A DNA stretch of 64,000 bases from Psammoneis japonica. Its lineage: Eukaryota. The stretch spans positions 124,001 through 188,000 of the forward strand of contig QPGO01000096.1 of the NCBI GenBank assembly GCA_008632985.1. Reading direction: 5' to 3'. Under the pieces are notes generated by a model, which was given only the letters and a program-made list of their open reading frames with translations, did not search any database and was not told the origin of the DNA. Of this stretch, positions 12,946-27,200 are shown one piece after another. How positions within the stretch are numbered: position 1 is the first letter of the stretch; each line of letters opens with the position of its first letter. A program made the translations under genes and the position numbers.

Positions 12946-14730
12946 CCCCTAAATCTCGAGCCGCCTCGAAGGGACCCCACCAATTGAGCACTTTTGGTGC
13001 TCTGCAGCGCCGCGAAAAAAGCACGCGTCCCAGCAACCTTGCCATGATGCTTTCAGAATGTTCGTCCCCTCCCACTTCCGACGAAGAAGCGACTGACGGT
13101 GCTGATGTTGTCAACCCCACTGCAACAGGCAATGTTGTTGAAATTGCCGTCGCAAGCCCATTGCTTCCAAAATCACACCTTGTTTGCTGACACTCTGTTT
13201 TTTCAGCTCCGCCGCCTGCCGAAGCTTCTGGCATGAATGACAACGCCGCTTCTGCCTTTCCCACATCTGCCACGCCCGAAACGTTTCCCAACCCGGCTGG
13301 TGCAAGAGGCAATGGTGTCGCTTTGTCTCTCATTGGCCCCAAACTGATGAAATCATTTGGTGCCAACTGGCACCATTTTTGTGTTGCTGCGCAGCGCCTG
13401 CCACTCATTCTGTCACCAACACCAACGCAATGACCAATGTTCCAGTGGATGACACCCCCGGTGCCTTTCCTGCTGCGCACGGTCCATCAGGTGATGACAC
13501 ATGTGTCATGCATTGCTGTTGTGTGCCAAAAATGCCAATGGCACTGTTGCACTGTCTCACGCCATTTTTGCTCATGCTCCACAGTGCATGCCACTGCTTC
13601 TGTTGCAAGAGTGGTTCATCAGAAACAATGAGCTGAGGGGAGCAAAACAGAAAGACGGTCCCATGTGCCAACGTTGGCAGGCGATGCATCATCTCCATGA
13701 AGCGTTTCATGTGAGATGGATTCTCGTAGACCTCACCCAAATGAAAGCCAGCAACAGAGCCATGGCTGTGCTGTGGGGAGGCTCTGTGCATTGATTTCCG
13801 GTGCTGGTTGGAGCCAAGCGACAGCAGGGGGACTGCGGCAAGGACAACGCCGCGAGTGCAAACTCCAGCAACATCTCAAACAAGCGATTTGCCACCACCT
13901 GTGGGTCGGACTGGCAGACAAGGTCTGGCGGAACATTTGCGAGAAGACTCAATTGAGCTGGACCTGACCGCGGTCTGCCAACCATGTGGATGCTTGCCAA
14001 AGACGTTGACAGATGCAGTGTCGAAAGTTTGGGAGGCACAGGTCGAAAATGGGTTGTGGCCCGCCATGGTGCAAGCAGTGGCATGCACTGTGGAGCATGA
14101 GTGAAAATGGCGTGAGATGGTGCAACAGCACTGTTGGCATTTTTGGCACACAACAGCAATGCATGATGCGTGTGTTGTTGCCTGATGGACCAGGCGCAGC
14201 AGGAAAGGCACCGGGGGTGCCATCCGCCGCAACACTGGTCACAGCATTGGCGTTGGTGATAAAATCAGTGGCAGGCACTGCGCAGCCACAGAAAACACAA
14301 AGGTGTTAGTTGGCGCCAAACAACTTCGTCAGCATCAGGCTGATGAGAGACAAAGCAACACAACCACCTGTTGCACCAGTCGGGTGAGGAAAGGTTCCGG
14401 GCGTGGCAGCCATGGGAAAGGCAGAAGCGGCGTTGTCATTCATGCCAGAAGCTTCAGCAGGCGGTGGAGCTGAAAAAACAGAGTGTCAGCAAATGAGGCA
14501 TTGTTTTGGAAGCAACAGGGCTGCGACGGCAATTTCAACAACGTTGCCTGTTGCAGTGGGTTAAATGTCATCAGTGCCATCGGTCGCTTCTTCATCAGAA
14601 GTGGGAGGGGACGAACATTCTGAAAGCACCATGGTGAGGTTGTTGTGCCGCGTGCTTTTTTCGCGGTAAAGAGACGGCTGAAAATTGGTCAATTGGTGGG
14701 GTCCCTTCGAGGCGGCTCGAGATTTAGGGG
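12946..14730. mobile_element. Foldback-like element with ~655-bp inverted arms around a decayed RecQ-type helicase fragment (hypermutated block 3)
   Basis: 12946-13599 is the reverse complement of 14073-14730, with termini CCCCTAAATCTCGAG...CTCGAGATTTAGGGG. The spacer reads on the minus strand VRPTGGGKSLV*D...VPLLSLGSNQ...TVFLFCSPQ. Confidence 0.75.
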
Positions 14731-15123
14731 AGAGCATGGTTCAGGATTTTTCCTGCAACTATTGGCATTTGTGTACAAATGTAATTGTCTTTACATTTAT
14801 ACAAATATAAAAATGCCATGACGTGAGCATACATCACCATCCATGACATCACCAACCACACTCTCCACTGACGCAGGGGTGGTAAAAGTTGAAAGTCAGA
14901 CGATGGGAGAATCTTTGCGAATCTTCGCGTCTGGCCTCCCACCGCACAACAAGCAAGAAGAGAACGCGAAAACAAAAACCAACCAACATCGATCACGACC
15001 GACAACACCAAAACAACGACAGTGTCATACACTCGACATTAAGCAACAACGAAACACAACAGCCATAACAAAGGCGATTCATTTGTTTGAACTTTTCCTT
15101 ACCATACGATAGAAAGTCCCACA

Positions 15124-15645
15124 ATGTCTGGCGATGCTGATTTTGCTGATTTCATGGCGCGAGATGCTGCCGCAAAAGCTGCTGCGGCTGAACACGCAGA
15201 ACGCATGGCTCGGCATCAGGTACGTTTTGTGCCTGTTACGTCTTTTTCTTATTCAATTCTAGAGTATCACTCACTGCGTGGTTAAATTTAGCTCTGGAAA
15301 GAAACAACGTGGGGAGGCAAGTTTTCGACCTTCCTTACGAGTTTGGGAGACAGGCCTTTTTTCCAGGCCGTGATTAAAGCGTTGGAAGATCAGCAACAAG
15401 GTACCTCCGTACCCGCTTTGCTTTTGAGAAATTTTGCAAGACTAGCAATTATCTTTGCTGCCATTCTAGCTGTATATATTCTTGGGAAAATCATTCAAAT
15501 GGTTGTTGGAAAAGAAATTACAGCGGAGCAAAAGGTTGTAATTGTGGAAGAAGTCACGAGGGGTGAAGCAGAGAAGGAGAATAAGAAAAAAGCGACAACT
15601 CAAACAAAGCCTCGACGAAGTGCTCGACAAAAGAAAACAGATTAA
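15124..15645 (+). CDS. Small hypothetical membrane protein; 2 exons
   Basis: ATG 15124. GT-AG intron 15220-15291 joins in frame to ORF 15343..15645. One TM helix and a basic tail. Confidence 0.65.
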
Positions 15646-15662
15646 GTGGCAATCCTTACTTT

Positions 15663-18600
15663 TTATCGTTTTTGATTGTTTCGCGACTTACCGCGTCCTT
15701 TTCGACGATTATTTCCTCGTCCACTGTTATTATGTTGCGACGGCAAGTGGTGATATGGCTGAACAATGTCTGCTCCGGTTAATTCCCGATTCCCAATAGC
15801 AACGACCTCTCGTTCCAATAAAGTGCTTACGGCTTGAATCATGGCTCGTCCTTCAGCACTGCCAGTCACATCTTCTTCGGGAGAGACAATCTTTTTCAAT
15901 AACAACACTTCCATTTGGGCGCGAAGGTGTTTCACTAGCGTAGCTGGCTTTGCTGAAATCTTGAATTTGAGCCAGTCGTCCACGGTAACCACGCCATGAC
16001 GATGATATACTTTTAGGCTACCACCAAAGAGAAGAAGCGCAAACTCACTCACAGGAGTGCAATCTCGGACGTAAGTCTTGCTCGTCTTGACAATCTCGTG
16101 ATAACAGCAATACCGACTGTCCAAGCTTTTCGATGAAAAGGATATTGTACAAGGATGAAGATAGACCTCTCCCTTGGTACTCTGAAAGGCACATTCACCA
16201 GCTTCCTTGTCGCCCTTCAACGGAACTCCACTTGTTCGAACCAATGAGCGTGGAGCAACAATGATATTCGGGTACAACCCAGCACAGAGTACCGCCTTGA
16301 CGAGAGCCATGTTGCTCTCATTCTCGTTTGCAATCTTGCATGTCGTTTCCAGAGACCGTTGTTGCGGCCCCTTTCGACCAGATGCCAGACGAAAACCTCT
16401 GGGGAGAAACCCGATATCCACAAGGAGGTCCGCAAACTGCCGGCGCAAATCTTCCATTTGAAACAAAGTCATGCGACTCAAGAAACTTTCCCTCAAGAAC
16501 GCTTGTGCTGCCTTTTCACCCTTGCTTCTTCGGATATCCTTCCATTTCTGAAACGCAACCAGCGTCGTCAAGTGGTCGCTCCCCTGTGTTGCAAACTCCT
16601 GCCGTGCGGCATTGGCTTCGTCACGTCGGTCAAAAGGACTCAAGAATGGATTTCGTGCCGACATGGAGGCCGCAATCGTAAGTGCGGGATCAATACAGCC
16701 AAAGAGTGCCCCGTATATCATCATTTTACCGACACGCGGGTCTACGGCAAGGTAGCCAAGTGAAAGCCTAGTGCCGTCAAACCGCTGGCAACATTCAGCG
16801 TGCTACAAGATGTCGCCGCTGCATCTCGTCCCGTATCTTCCCCACCCATGTCGCTTTTCCTCTCGCCCCACTCACAATCGACAGCACCAGCCCTTGCAAC
16901 AAATCAAGAGAATTCTGCATGGCAAGTGCAGAAGGAGGATTGAGGGCTTTCGCCAAGAACCCACTGGGCTCGCCAAGGTCCAAGAGCAATACTTGAAGCG
17001 TAAGGTCCTCCAGACCAACACGTAGCATCTCTGGTAATTGGTACTCGGACATGTCCTCCTGAAATGTATGACTACACAATGTTGCTTGTGAGAGATGCAC
17101 AAGACAAGAAAGGCGTGAAACAACACCGATGAAACTACTGCAAGGTTACCTTGAATACATGTGGTATGAGATTCCTGGACGGACACGACCAGCTCGACCT
17201 CTCCGTTGCTTGGCCGAAGCTCGACTCACCCAGCATTCGACAAGAGTTGGCATTTGATTGACTTCATCTTGTCGATTCTCTTTGACACGCCCGCTGTCAA
17301 CCACAAACACCACATCTAGAATTAAAAATTAGCATGAGAAAAGAGTGAGAACCAGGTAATGGCGATCACTAGAACGTTGCTGTTGCAGACTAAAACAGAA
17401 GTACCTTCAATCGTGATGGAAGTTTCTATAGTGAGATTGCAGGCGAGGAAGACGCCAAGTTAGCGACGAAGCACATCGGACATTGATGATGTGTTTTTAA
17501 AAGCCAGCATAAGCACTTACCAGCAATGTTTGTTGACACGACAATCTTACGAACGCCTTCGGGTGGAACGTCAAAGACTGCCTTCTGCTCCGCAGTAGTA
17601 AGCGATGAGTGCAACGGGTAGACTACCACCCTGGACGGGTCTGTGAACACCTCAGTTTTGTACATTTCTTCGATCGCTTTGGTGATTTCCATAATGCCAG
17701 GCAAGAACACAAGGATTGCGCCCTCCTTCTCATTCAAAACGATATGCTCCAGTAGCTCCGCGAGAAGTTCATAATTTATCACAGATTCGTCCACTCGTGA
17801 CAGCGAGTCAATAACGGTTGAGCTGTATTTTGGGTACATTTTTCGCATTGCCGACTTGGACCATCGTCGAGCTTTGCCCGGGGCTACCTTGAGAGCATAA
17901 TCAGAGTCTTCCTTTACTTCGTAACCGGTAATCTGAAGGATATGTTCAAGTCGATGCTCCGTCACTGGAAAGGTGCGACCGGGGATTGATACGACGGGAC
18001 ATCCCGAGAAGTATGCTGAGAACGAATCAGCATTTAAGGTCGCGGACATGAGAATCAATTTCAACGACTTCCTGCGCTGCAGTAAATCTCTCAAAATAAT
18101 CAACAGAAAGTCCGTGTTGATGTCCCTTTCATGTACCTACCGTTACGAGCACGAAAGGAAGAGAACAAAATTTGTCAGTTTGTGTTCTGAATTGCATCAG
18201 TGAACGGCAAGAAAGAAGAAGTTATGTCGTACCTCATCCACAAAGACGTGCGACACAGATGCCAAATCTGGATCACATTGCAGCCTCCTCATCAGTATAC
18301 CAGTCGTGCACAGAAGCAACCTTGTTTTTGACGAGCGCTTGTTTTCCAGTCGAATAGAATAGCCCGCTGTGTCACCAACACGCTCGCAACGCTCTGATGC
18401 AACTCGTTCAGCAACACCAATCGCTGATATCCGCCGAGGCTGCGTAACAATAATGTTTGCACTAGCACCTGCATTCCGCATTATGAGGTCGTCCAGAACA
18501 AGTTGAGGCACCTGGGTGGTTTCTGGGTACAGGAAGAATCACAAAAAGATGAGAGATGTCGTCAAAAGTGAAGAGGAGCACTGTCGATCAAACTTACTTC

Positions 18601-21573
18601 CGCACCCTGTGTCTCCTGATATCACTGTTACCTGGTTCGAGTCGATGGTTTCGATAATCTCCTGTTTCATTTCGAATGCGGGGAGACTAACACCGAAAAA
18701 GATACCGTGTCAGAACGTCAGCTGCCCAACGAGCATTAAGCATGGCGCTGCTAACTTACCGTCGCCTTTGACTCATCATTTTGTAAAACTGCTGCGGACT
18801 TTTGCCTCCCCGGGAAGGAGATTTTTTCATTGCGAGATCAAGATTTGTCTGCTTCTTGGCCCAATCGTCGGCAGACTTCCGCATCCTCTGGAGCTCCTCG
18901 CGAAGTCTTGTACTTATTCGTTTCGCTTCGTCCTGCGTTTCGGGAGTCTTTTCAACCGGTCCATAGTCTAAGGCAGGCGCCCTGGCCTCTTCTGACACTA
19001 ACCACGGCTGTTCCTTTTGTACCTTGATAACATCATCGATGACTTTTGATAATTCTCCAGTAGCAATTGCAACGGGTTCAGGTGCAATGCGTTGGGACTG
19101 TGCCCTATTGTCATCTGTTCTTACTTTTGGCTCTGACAAATGAACCATTTCACGATCCGAATGTTTTTCGCTTACTGCCGTTCCTCCGTTTTGCTTCGAC
19201 ACAGTTTCCATCACATCTTCTCGAGTTCGTTTGGCTTGCGCAGAATCCTGGTAGAATCGCCGAAGACGTTCCATGAATGCTACAGTCGTCGGCGTCGCTG
19301 CCTGCACCTTGGTCTTCGAGCTCTGTATTGCGCCATCCTCAATATTACCATTTCTTTCGATATTTTCGGTCTCCACGTCAAAACCGTTGGACTCCACAAA
19401 AGCTTTGCCCTGCGAAGAAGAAATTTTGGCATCCTTCGCATCCTCTACCTCATCCTCGTCTGAGGACAGCAAGTCTTCACCACTCTCACGAAGGCTTTGC
19501 TTTCGCGCTTTGCGTGCCGCTGCTCGCGCTTCATCAGCTGTTTTTCCCTCCAAAAACGCCGAATTCATGGCACCCCGTGCAGCTCGTTCTGCTTCGTCTT
19601 GAATACGCTCTTTCTCGCGCTGTCGAACGGTTTGCTCCGCAAGATCATATCGATGTGTCTTTTCCTGTCGCTGTACTTGTTCAATTCGCTTTGCCTGAAG
19701 CAAACGTTTCTGTTCATTCTCTTTTTCTATCTGTTCGCCGCGATCGTATGCCTTTTCTGTTGCCTTTAGCTTTGCACGCTGACGTCGACTCAAGTTGCCA
19801 CCACTGCTGTCATTGTCTATTTCAGTGTCGTCGACAATGTGTCCTGCTTCGTGGCGGAGGCGAAGCTGCTCAGCTTCTATTTCCTTGTGTATTGCTTCTT
19901 GATAAAATCCTTTTGCATTTCGCACAAGTTTGAGGAGAGATAGTCGACCAAGGTAAATATTGCAGGTTCGCCAAGCAACTGTTGGGCCTGTCGAATCAAT
20001 TCGACATTAATTTGTCGCAGCAACGATGGAGGTAGCGTAGGATTCGAAAACAAGAGAAGCGGCGCTTCCAAAACCGGGTAACCAGGTTGTTCAAACACAT
20101 GGAGTTTACAATCTTCGTTTCGAGCTGGAGGTTTCAAGTCGTCGGTTGGAGAAATGTGTACAACAACGCGGTTCTTGTTGACTTCAAGGGCATCGTCGTA
20201 AATGGCGACCAAAGCTTCCATCTCTTGCTCTCGTTCTTCCTTGGCGAATTCTAGGTCGACTTGAGTAGGCTCTGTATCATTTTCTGTGTCACTGCCAACA
20301 GTTTCGTCCCGCAATCTTTTCAAAAGGAGCAAAAGAGCTTCTTCATCTTGAAGGGCAGGAGGAATATTGTTTGCAACAATCGTGTGCTTTGTTTCCCGAC
20401 AAGCCTCTTCAGCTGCGCTTGCTGAAATCCCAATCGCACAAAGCCCACCGTCCGGGCCTGAACTTGTACATTATCACGCCACTCTTGATCGTTTGTCAAG
20501 GGAGCGGCAAGAGAAATTGACGCGTGTGGAATGGGTCGTGTTTTCCCTGTACCCATAAAGGAATGGTGCGACTGCCAAGGCTCGAGTTTTGTTTCTGCAT
20601 TTTCGGATTGGCCTTGAAACCATCGTTGAGTTCTTGTTCAGTTAAATGCAGACACAACCAGTCCATGGCTAAACCGAGCAACTCTTCCGTTTTTTTGAGT
20701 TTGCAGCATTTTTGTTTTTCGCATCGCCATTGCTTTCAGAATTTGGAACGGACCATTGGTTTTCCACCGCAAAACAAGCCCGGTCAGCCTGTTCTGGCGA
20801 GAATGATAAACTTGACGTCAAATGCAGATACAGTGGTGATAGTCTCAGTTTGGTTTTTAAATCATCTTCCTTGTTTGGCAACTCGACGTCTCCATTCTCG
20901 CGCTCCTCGTTATTTATGCTTCCGTCGTCAGAAGCTCCATCTTCTTCCAACTGTACGTTTTCTCCCAGCTCATACACAGATTGAGGCGTCGGACCCGACT
21001 CGTAATTTCTTCTGTATCGTCTTCGTACTCAGATACGCAGCACTGGAACGAGCTGCTGGAGCACTCGTTCCCTCCAATTGAGAAGCATGGGAGTAGTGAT
21101 CATTGCTGTAGTCGTTCGTCAGTTCTTCCTCCTTTTCTGAACCACTGCCATCCACCGTTGATGCTTCTTCTGGATCTACTGTTTGTTCCTGCGACTCCAT
21201 AATACCCAATCTGTCAACAGTTTAGTAACTAATTCAATCGATTCCTCTGATAGAGTCACTTCATCCAGCTTTGAAACATCCACGCGGCCCAGCGAGTGAA
21301 ATCCCTGAGAAGAGGCTGTGGCATTTGTGGTCTGGCTCTTGCTCTCTACTCGCTTTGACAGCTTATCAATGACGGAAGCGTGTTGTCCACCACGACCGCC
21401 TCTACCACCACCACCACGACTTCCTCCTCTTCCGGCTCCACGTCCTCCGCCGCCATTTTTCTTCTTGTTTTTGTTTCTCAGAGAAGGAGGAGGCTTTGAA
21501 ATCGAGCTCGAGAAGGAGTATTACGAAGCTGTGCTGCTGCTTGCTGTGCTCTTTTGTTGTTGCAGCGACCCAT
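15663..21573 (-). CDS. DEAH-box RNA helicase, DHX57/DHX29-like (RGG N-terminus, RWD, helicase core, HA2, OB-fold); multi-exon
   Basis: GDTGCG(K)TTQ, TQPRRISA, DEVHER, MSAT, FLPG, PLHS, STNIAETSITI, QRRGRAGR, SDHL, HP..I motifs and RWD (EMEALVAIY...YP). Several introns and frameshifts. Start approximate. Confidence 0.9.
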
Positions 21574-21859
21574 GATACTCTATGCTTTGTCTTTTCCAAC
21601 TCTTGCAAAGCGAGAGACGCTATCTCACAACGGGAAAGGGGACGACACAACATGGTCGCATGGCCCATTTTTTGTTTCGGTGGCGGGTGGCGGCCATGCG
21701 GAAAGGTGGTGGGTGGCGGCGCGCGCGGCGGGAACCCACAAAATGTCCAACCTACGAGGACTGTACATAGAAATTGTATGGTGTTGGAGCAATTTTGCGC
21801 TTACAGAGGGACGAAGAAGCGAATAATGCACGGTGCGTTTTGAACATGTGTTTTTTTAA

Positions 21860-23760
21860 ATGCATCTTCACATTTCACACCAAGCACCAAAATGACAATT
21901 TTTTTGACAGGACGATGGAGAACAACGAGACAACAATGTGGGGTTGGAGTGGTTCTCGCCATTTGTGACACTCAGTGTGTGAAAGCAGATGCCATGGGTC
22001 AATCGAACACAAGAGGCAAAATGGCCACAGACCAGCCAAACTGCTTGTTTTGCATCTGAGATTTTCTCACAAACACATGAATGGCTTTCATGTGTGTGGC
22101 TCCCATTGCCGCCGTTGCACATGATGTCGCCACACATTCCGTTGTAACCAACACAGCATTGGCGAGACTCATCATTGCTGTGGTTGGAGAGCCATGGGAC
22201 ACCATCTCACAGCCTCTTTTTTGTCTCATGCCCATCAGCACACAAGCAAGAAGCAGAGAAGCAGTGCCAGGCGCGCAACAACACGGTGGTTCAAACACGA
22301 AGTGCCAAGCTGACAAAACATGCCAAAAAGTTGTTTGAGGTGCTTGCTGCAAGTCAAAAGAAGGTGCTTCCATGCAGCGACAAGGAGCTCATGACAGCTC
22401 TTGTCAACACAACAGATCCAGAGAAGAGTCCGTGACACTTCAAGTTTCCTGGGGCCAGTGCCGCCGGCACGTTGCTTGGTGAAGGTGGCTGTGGGTCATC
22501 AGCAGAGTGTCTCATTGTGAGTCTGGATGCGAAGTGTCGCTCAAAGGGATCAGCATGTTGAGTCAGTGTTGTTGGCATTGTGCAAGACAACAGATTGAGC
22601 CACAGGCTTCTTTTGACCATCCAGGTGTGGTTTGTTTGCATGGGTGGCATTTCTGTCCCACAGCGGATTTCAGCGATGCCCCACGCAGCTCAGAAGAAAG
22701 TGACACCAATTCAGCAAGTGATTGGAGCTCAGAAGAAAGCAGCAACAGCATGCTCGCTTTCTTGCTTCAAAGCAGAAGATGCCAGTTTCCCAAAGCATTC
22801 ACCACAATTTTGATCTTGGAGCTCTGCCCCAATGGCTCCTTTGATGATCTCCTCCTCTCAAAAACTGCTGCCTCAAGGAGAGAAAGACATCACTCACCAC
22901 ATGGAGAGCATTGCCTCCTCGATGCATCTCTGCTTGCGCACTCAGTGCAAAAAGTCATTCATCGAGATGTCAAGCCCTCAAACATCTTGCTGGTGGCCAG
23001 TGGAGCACCAAAGATTTTGGACTTTGGCTTTTTCTGGTTAGAGACCCAAAGCCCAGTTGCTTTTCACTCTGTCAAACTTCTGGTTTTGGAGCTCCTGAAG
23101 TCACGAAAGTTGGGTGTTGCAAGGATTTGGAAGGACCGGGTCATGACCAGCATGTCAACTTGTGGAGCCTTGGCATCACTGGTTGCTGCCTCTTGGTGGA
23201 CAAGTTGCCATTTCCAATCTCTGACCTTGAAGTCTCTCAACACACCTCATTGGCTTTTCTGGAAAAATGTGCTCTCCACACCAGGAATTTGGTGTGTGTC
23301 GTGCTCAGGCCAAAGACAGCAAAAAAGAGAGTTGATGGAGAAAGCGTTGCAGCAACCCCATTTTTGTCAAAACCTTCATTTTTTAACACTTTTTTGTGAG
23401 ATTGGCCTGAGGTGGGCCAGGAATGGCTGCTTCAGGCTGGAAGCCTTGGACTTGAAGCTCCCTCAGCTTGAATTTCCTCCTTTTGTGTCTGAGGGTGCCA
23501 AAGACTTTTTCTGGGGGCGGTGGTCTGTTGCAGGCCAACCCAGGGGATTGCAGCATGTCCTTGGACAACATTCCAAAGCACCCCTGGATCCAAAACTTCA
23601 GCAAGAAACAAGTTTGCAGGACAAATGACTTTGGTGGAGAGAGAAAGAGTGTGGCAGGGCACAAAACTGTGAAAATGGTTGGTTTTTGAATGAAGCCACA
23701 TTTTCAATTTGCGAGACGACGACAGTGCAATGGATGCATGCTTTCAACACTGAAAGATTG
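21860..23760. other. TpA/CpG-depleted hypermutated block 4
   Basis: TA very rare. The 373-aa ORF 22507..23628 contains no Tyr. Confidence 0.85.
22440..23628 (+). pseudogene. Ser/Thr protein kinase pseudogene (Aurora/CAMK-like)
   Basis: LGEGGCG, HPGVVCLHG, IHRDVKPSNILL, DFG, APEV, VNLWSLGI, KLPF, FPPFVSEGAKDF, KHPWI spread over several frames. Confidence 0.8.
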
Positions 23761-24264
23761 TCCAACACTAACAGGCTGTTCATTTGCCATTCTGATCTAG
23801 AGGGATGCCAGGTGTTTGATTTCGATTTTCCCAATCTGATGGCTCATGGATGTCTCCCCACTTTTCGGCAATGCGCACTCACATTTACGGTTTTTGAGAC
23901 TGCGTGATTGACAAATGCTTTCAACTTTGTTGATGCTTGCTGCTGATCCCAAATGACGAGTCGTCAGTTCTCTCTCTAGAGAGAGCAGAGTGGTCGTTTT
24001 ATTAGACCGTCGATCCAACTCTTTCACCCCGACAGTTCGAGTGTCGCGGAACACGATTCACACGAGACTGGAGTGATTGAGTCGTCCTGATCACGAATCG
24101 CATGTTGCGGAGTCGCGCGGTGACCGCGCGACCAACGACAAAGGTCTGCCCGCGCGAAGTGTTGATGAAGGCGGGTGAGGCTGAAGGCATCGAAACGCCC
24201 AACAAAACCCCATCATGATTCATGATGGATGAGGAGACGGTGGCTTTGTGGATAGTCCAAGAAG

Positions 24265-27200
24265 ATGGACACCGCTCAGGTATCGCTTGCTCATCGCCAG
24301 TCAAGCTCTTTTATTATTGATCCGGCGTACTGTACTCCTACGGTTGATAGAAGTGGAGACTGTCAGGAAGAAAAATGGCACTACGGTGATGCAGAATTAG
24401 AATGCTACCGCCTTGCTCTGCTGCGCAAACGAGTAACCGGTGCAGAGCTCAATGTCTATTACCCAGGATCCTACCATATCCCTGTATGCAAGGGATTCTT
24501 TCGTTTCGAGGTGAAGTCACGCGATCAGAATATTTCGTTGCGGTCAAACGGAAAAGTGACTGTAAGGGCTGGGACTGAGGTCGTGTACGAGTCGGAACAA
24601 GATGATTATGATACGTGTCCTGACACTCTTCACAACGTCGTCCTCAGAAACTGCAAAGAAACTGATTCTGGAGTATGCATAGCGGTACAGGTCATTACTG
24701 ATCAAGATAACAGTCCTCCCGAGCCACCTTGCCTCTGTGTTATTGCACCTGCTCCTGCTACACATTGTGAGTGGAGCACCACTGGCACATCCAACTGGTC
24801 TCCCACAAAAATATTCTCGGCTCTGAGCCCCCTTTCTCCTCCACATCTTGAAGAAAAGGCTAACCTACAGATAGTGAGGCCCCAACGACAAATTGGGGAC
24901 CATGTTTATGACTTTGGTTGCGAGTTGCTGGGTCATGTGGTGTTTGAACTGCCGCAGGATTGGGATCATGATACGGTTCAATTGCAGGTCGGAGAGACTA
25001 TCCAAGAAGCGCTAAATTCGGATCCAAAGCTTCGGGAGCAGTCGACAGCAATCGTCAAGACAAACGACTTTACGCAAATGTGGCAAAGCGCTCATCTTCT
25101 TGCATTTCGTTACGTAAAAGTGCAGGCTTCAGATGTGTCTTGCAAGGCTCATTTTCATCCTGTGCAATACCATGGAGCATTCGCTGCCTCGGACAATGTG
25201 CTTACTAAAATATGGATGAGTGCTGCATACACGCTGCGACTGTGTATGCATGACTCTTTTATTGTGGATGGAATCAAGCGGGATCGTTTGCCGTGGACAG
25301 GTGATCTTGCCGTGAGCCTCCTTGCCAACGCCTATACTTTCAATGATAAAGAGAATGTTCGGAGAACTTTGACTGCCCTCGGAAGGAATGGTATCGAAGA
25401 ATGTGATGTCAATGGCATTGTAGACTACTCCTTGTGGTGGATAGTAACCCAGGACTTATATCAGTTGTACTATGGTGACATGGATCATTTGAATCGAGAA
25501 TGGTCAAGAATAGAGGATGCGGTTAATTGCCTTATAAAACGTTGCAGCGACGACACGGGATTCTTGGAGATTGATAAGGATAGGCACTGGGTATTTGTTG
25601 ATTGGGTTGATAGTGACAAGTCAACTGCATTGCAGATTCTTTTTTGGTGGGCTTTGGAATGCGCAGCAAAGCTGGCGAATAGACAGAATCATCGTCCCAT
25701 CGCCATGCAGTGGCGGAAGTGGCAAGATAAAGTAAAGGAATCCCTTGTAGAGCTCTGTTGGGACAAAAATGCTCGATTATGGCTTGGGACTCCCAACCAA
25801 GGTACTGATTATTCAAGGCACGCGAACATATTGGCTGTGATATCTGGTTTGTCGTCCAAGAAGAATGATAACATTGCCAAGGCACTTCTTGGGACAGCGA
25901 TAGCTCCAGTCGGAACTCCCTACATGAAGTTCTTCGAGTGCATGGCTTTGACATATTTATCTCAAGACGGTATAGGCGAAATGCGTAGCTACTGGGCGGG
26001 CATGTTGGCAAAGGGAGCTACCACATTTTTTGAGGCGTTCGATATTTCAGAGAACGATGTGGCCTCTTTCTATGGAAGACGCTTTGGACGCAGCCTTTGT
26101 CACGCGTGGAGTGCGGGCCCAGCACAATTTTTCCCGGCCACGATCCTTGGTATCCGCCCACTTCAAGATGGTTGGAAAGAATGGACGTGTAGGATTAACC
26201 TTGATGGTCTAGATTTTGCGTCAGCGTCGGTGCCAACACCCTTCGGGCGTCTGGAGGTGGAGGCCTCGGCGAGCAAACTCGAATTGCTGTGCCAAATGGA
26301 ACTACCTTCAAGGTAAGGATGCATCATATGCTGGACCAATGATGTTGGAGTTCAAACCAGAAGATCTTAGGAGCACAATTCGTCGACGACGATACCTTGA
26401 GGCTTGGTCCGCGCCATACAAATTGGCATTACTATCCCTACCACGTTATCCATCAAGTCCGCAGATAAGTGAATTGATATCCAAATGACTGATGTTCCTA
26501 CCGTCTACCAACTTCCAAACGACGAAGTGGTATATGAGCTTCATTGGATTTGATGGAAAGGGTATCAGTCGTTTGTTGCCGAAAGCATGACCTGGTGACG
26601 TGGACAAATCCGATTGGCTATGGGATACGGAAAGAAGGTGATTTTGATTATGGCGGCCGAGTTCTCGGTGCATTTCTTTATGAGGATTACAATGTTGGAT
26701 CACGCGTGTCCTGAAACGCAAGGATGGCAAGTTTTGGTCTTTGTACGGAGCATACGAAAGAGGGGAGGCTATGAAATTGATCCAGGTTACGAAGGCTTAT
26801 CATCCAGCAATGATGGTCTAACATGGGAGCGTGCAAAGGAGGACTCTATTCTCTCGGTGCATAGTCCTGATGCTGGTGATTGGGAAAGGAGCTCGATCTA
26901 TCAACCGTGGCTTTTAGAACACAATGGTCAATACTTCAATTTCTACAATGCAAAGCAGACGCCTCCTTGGACTGAACAAATCGGACTAGCTGCGTCAGAA
27001 GATCTTTTCAATTGGAAAAGATACGAAGACAATCCTGTTCTTGCGGTGTGCCCCAACACTTTCGATTCTCAATTTGTTGCTGACGGAAAGGTGTTCCGGA
27101 CGGGAACAAATGGGTCATGTTCTACTTTGGCGTGGGTCCGACCTGGAACGTTGGTGCGCATATTCAAGTAGCTTTTTCCATGGATCTGCTACATTGGCAT

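Noticed and set aside
12930..14750. Target-site duplication for the foldback element
   Set aside because: The flanks (…CCCATGGCA / AGAGCATGG…) give no convincing direct repeat, so the superfamily is not assigned.
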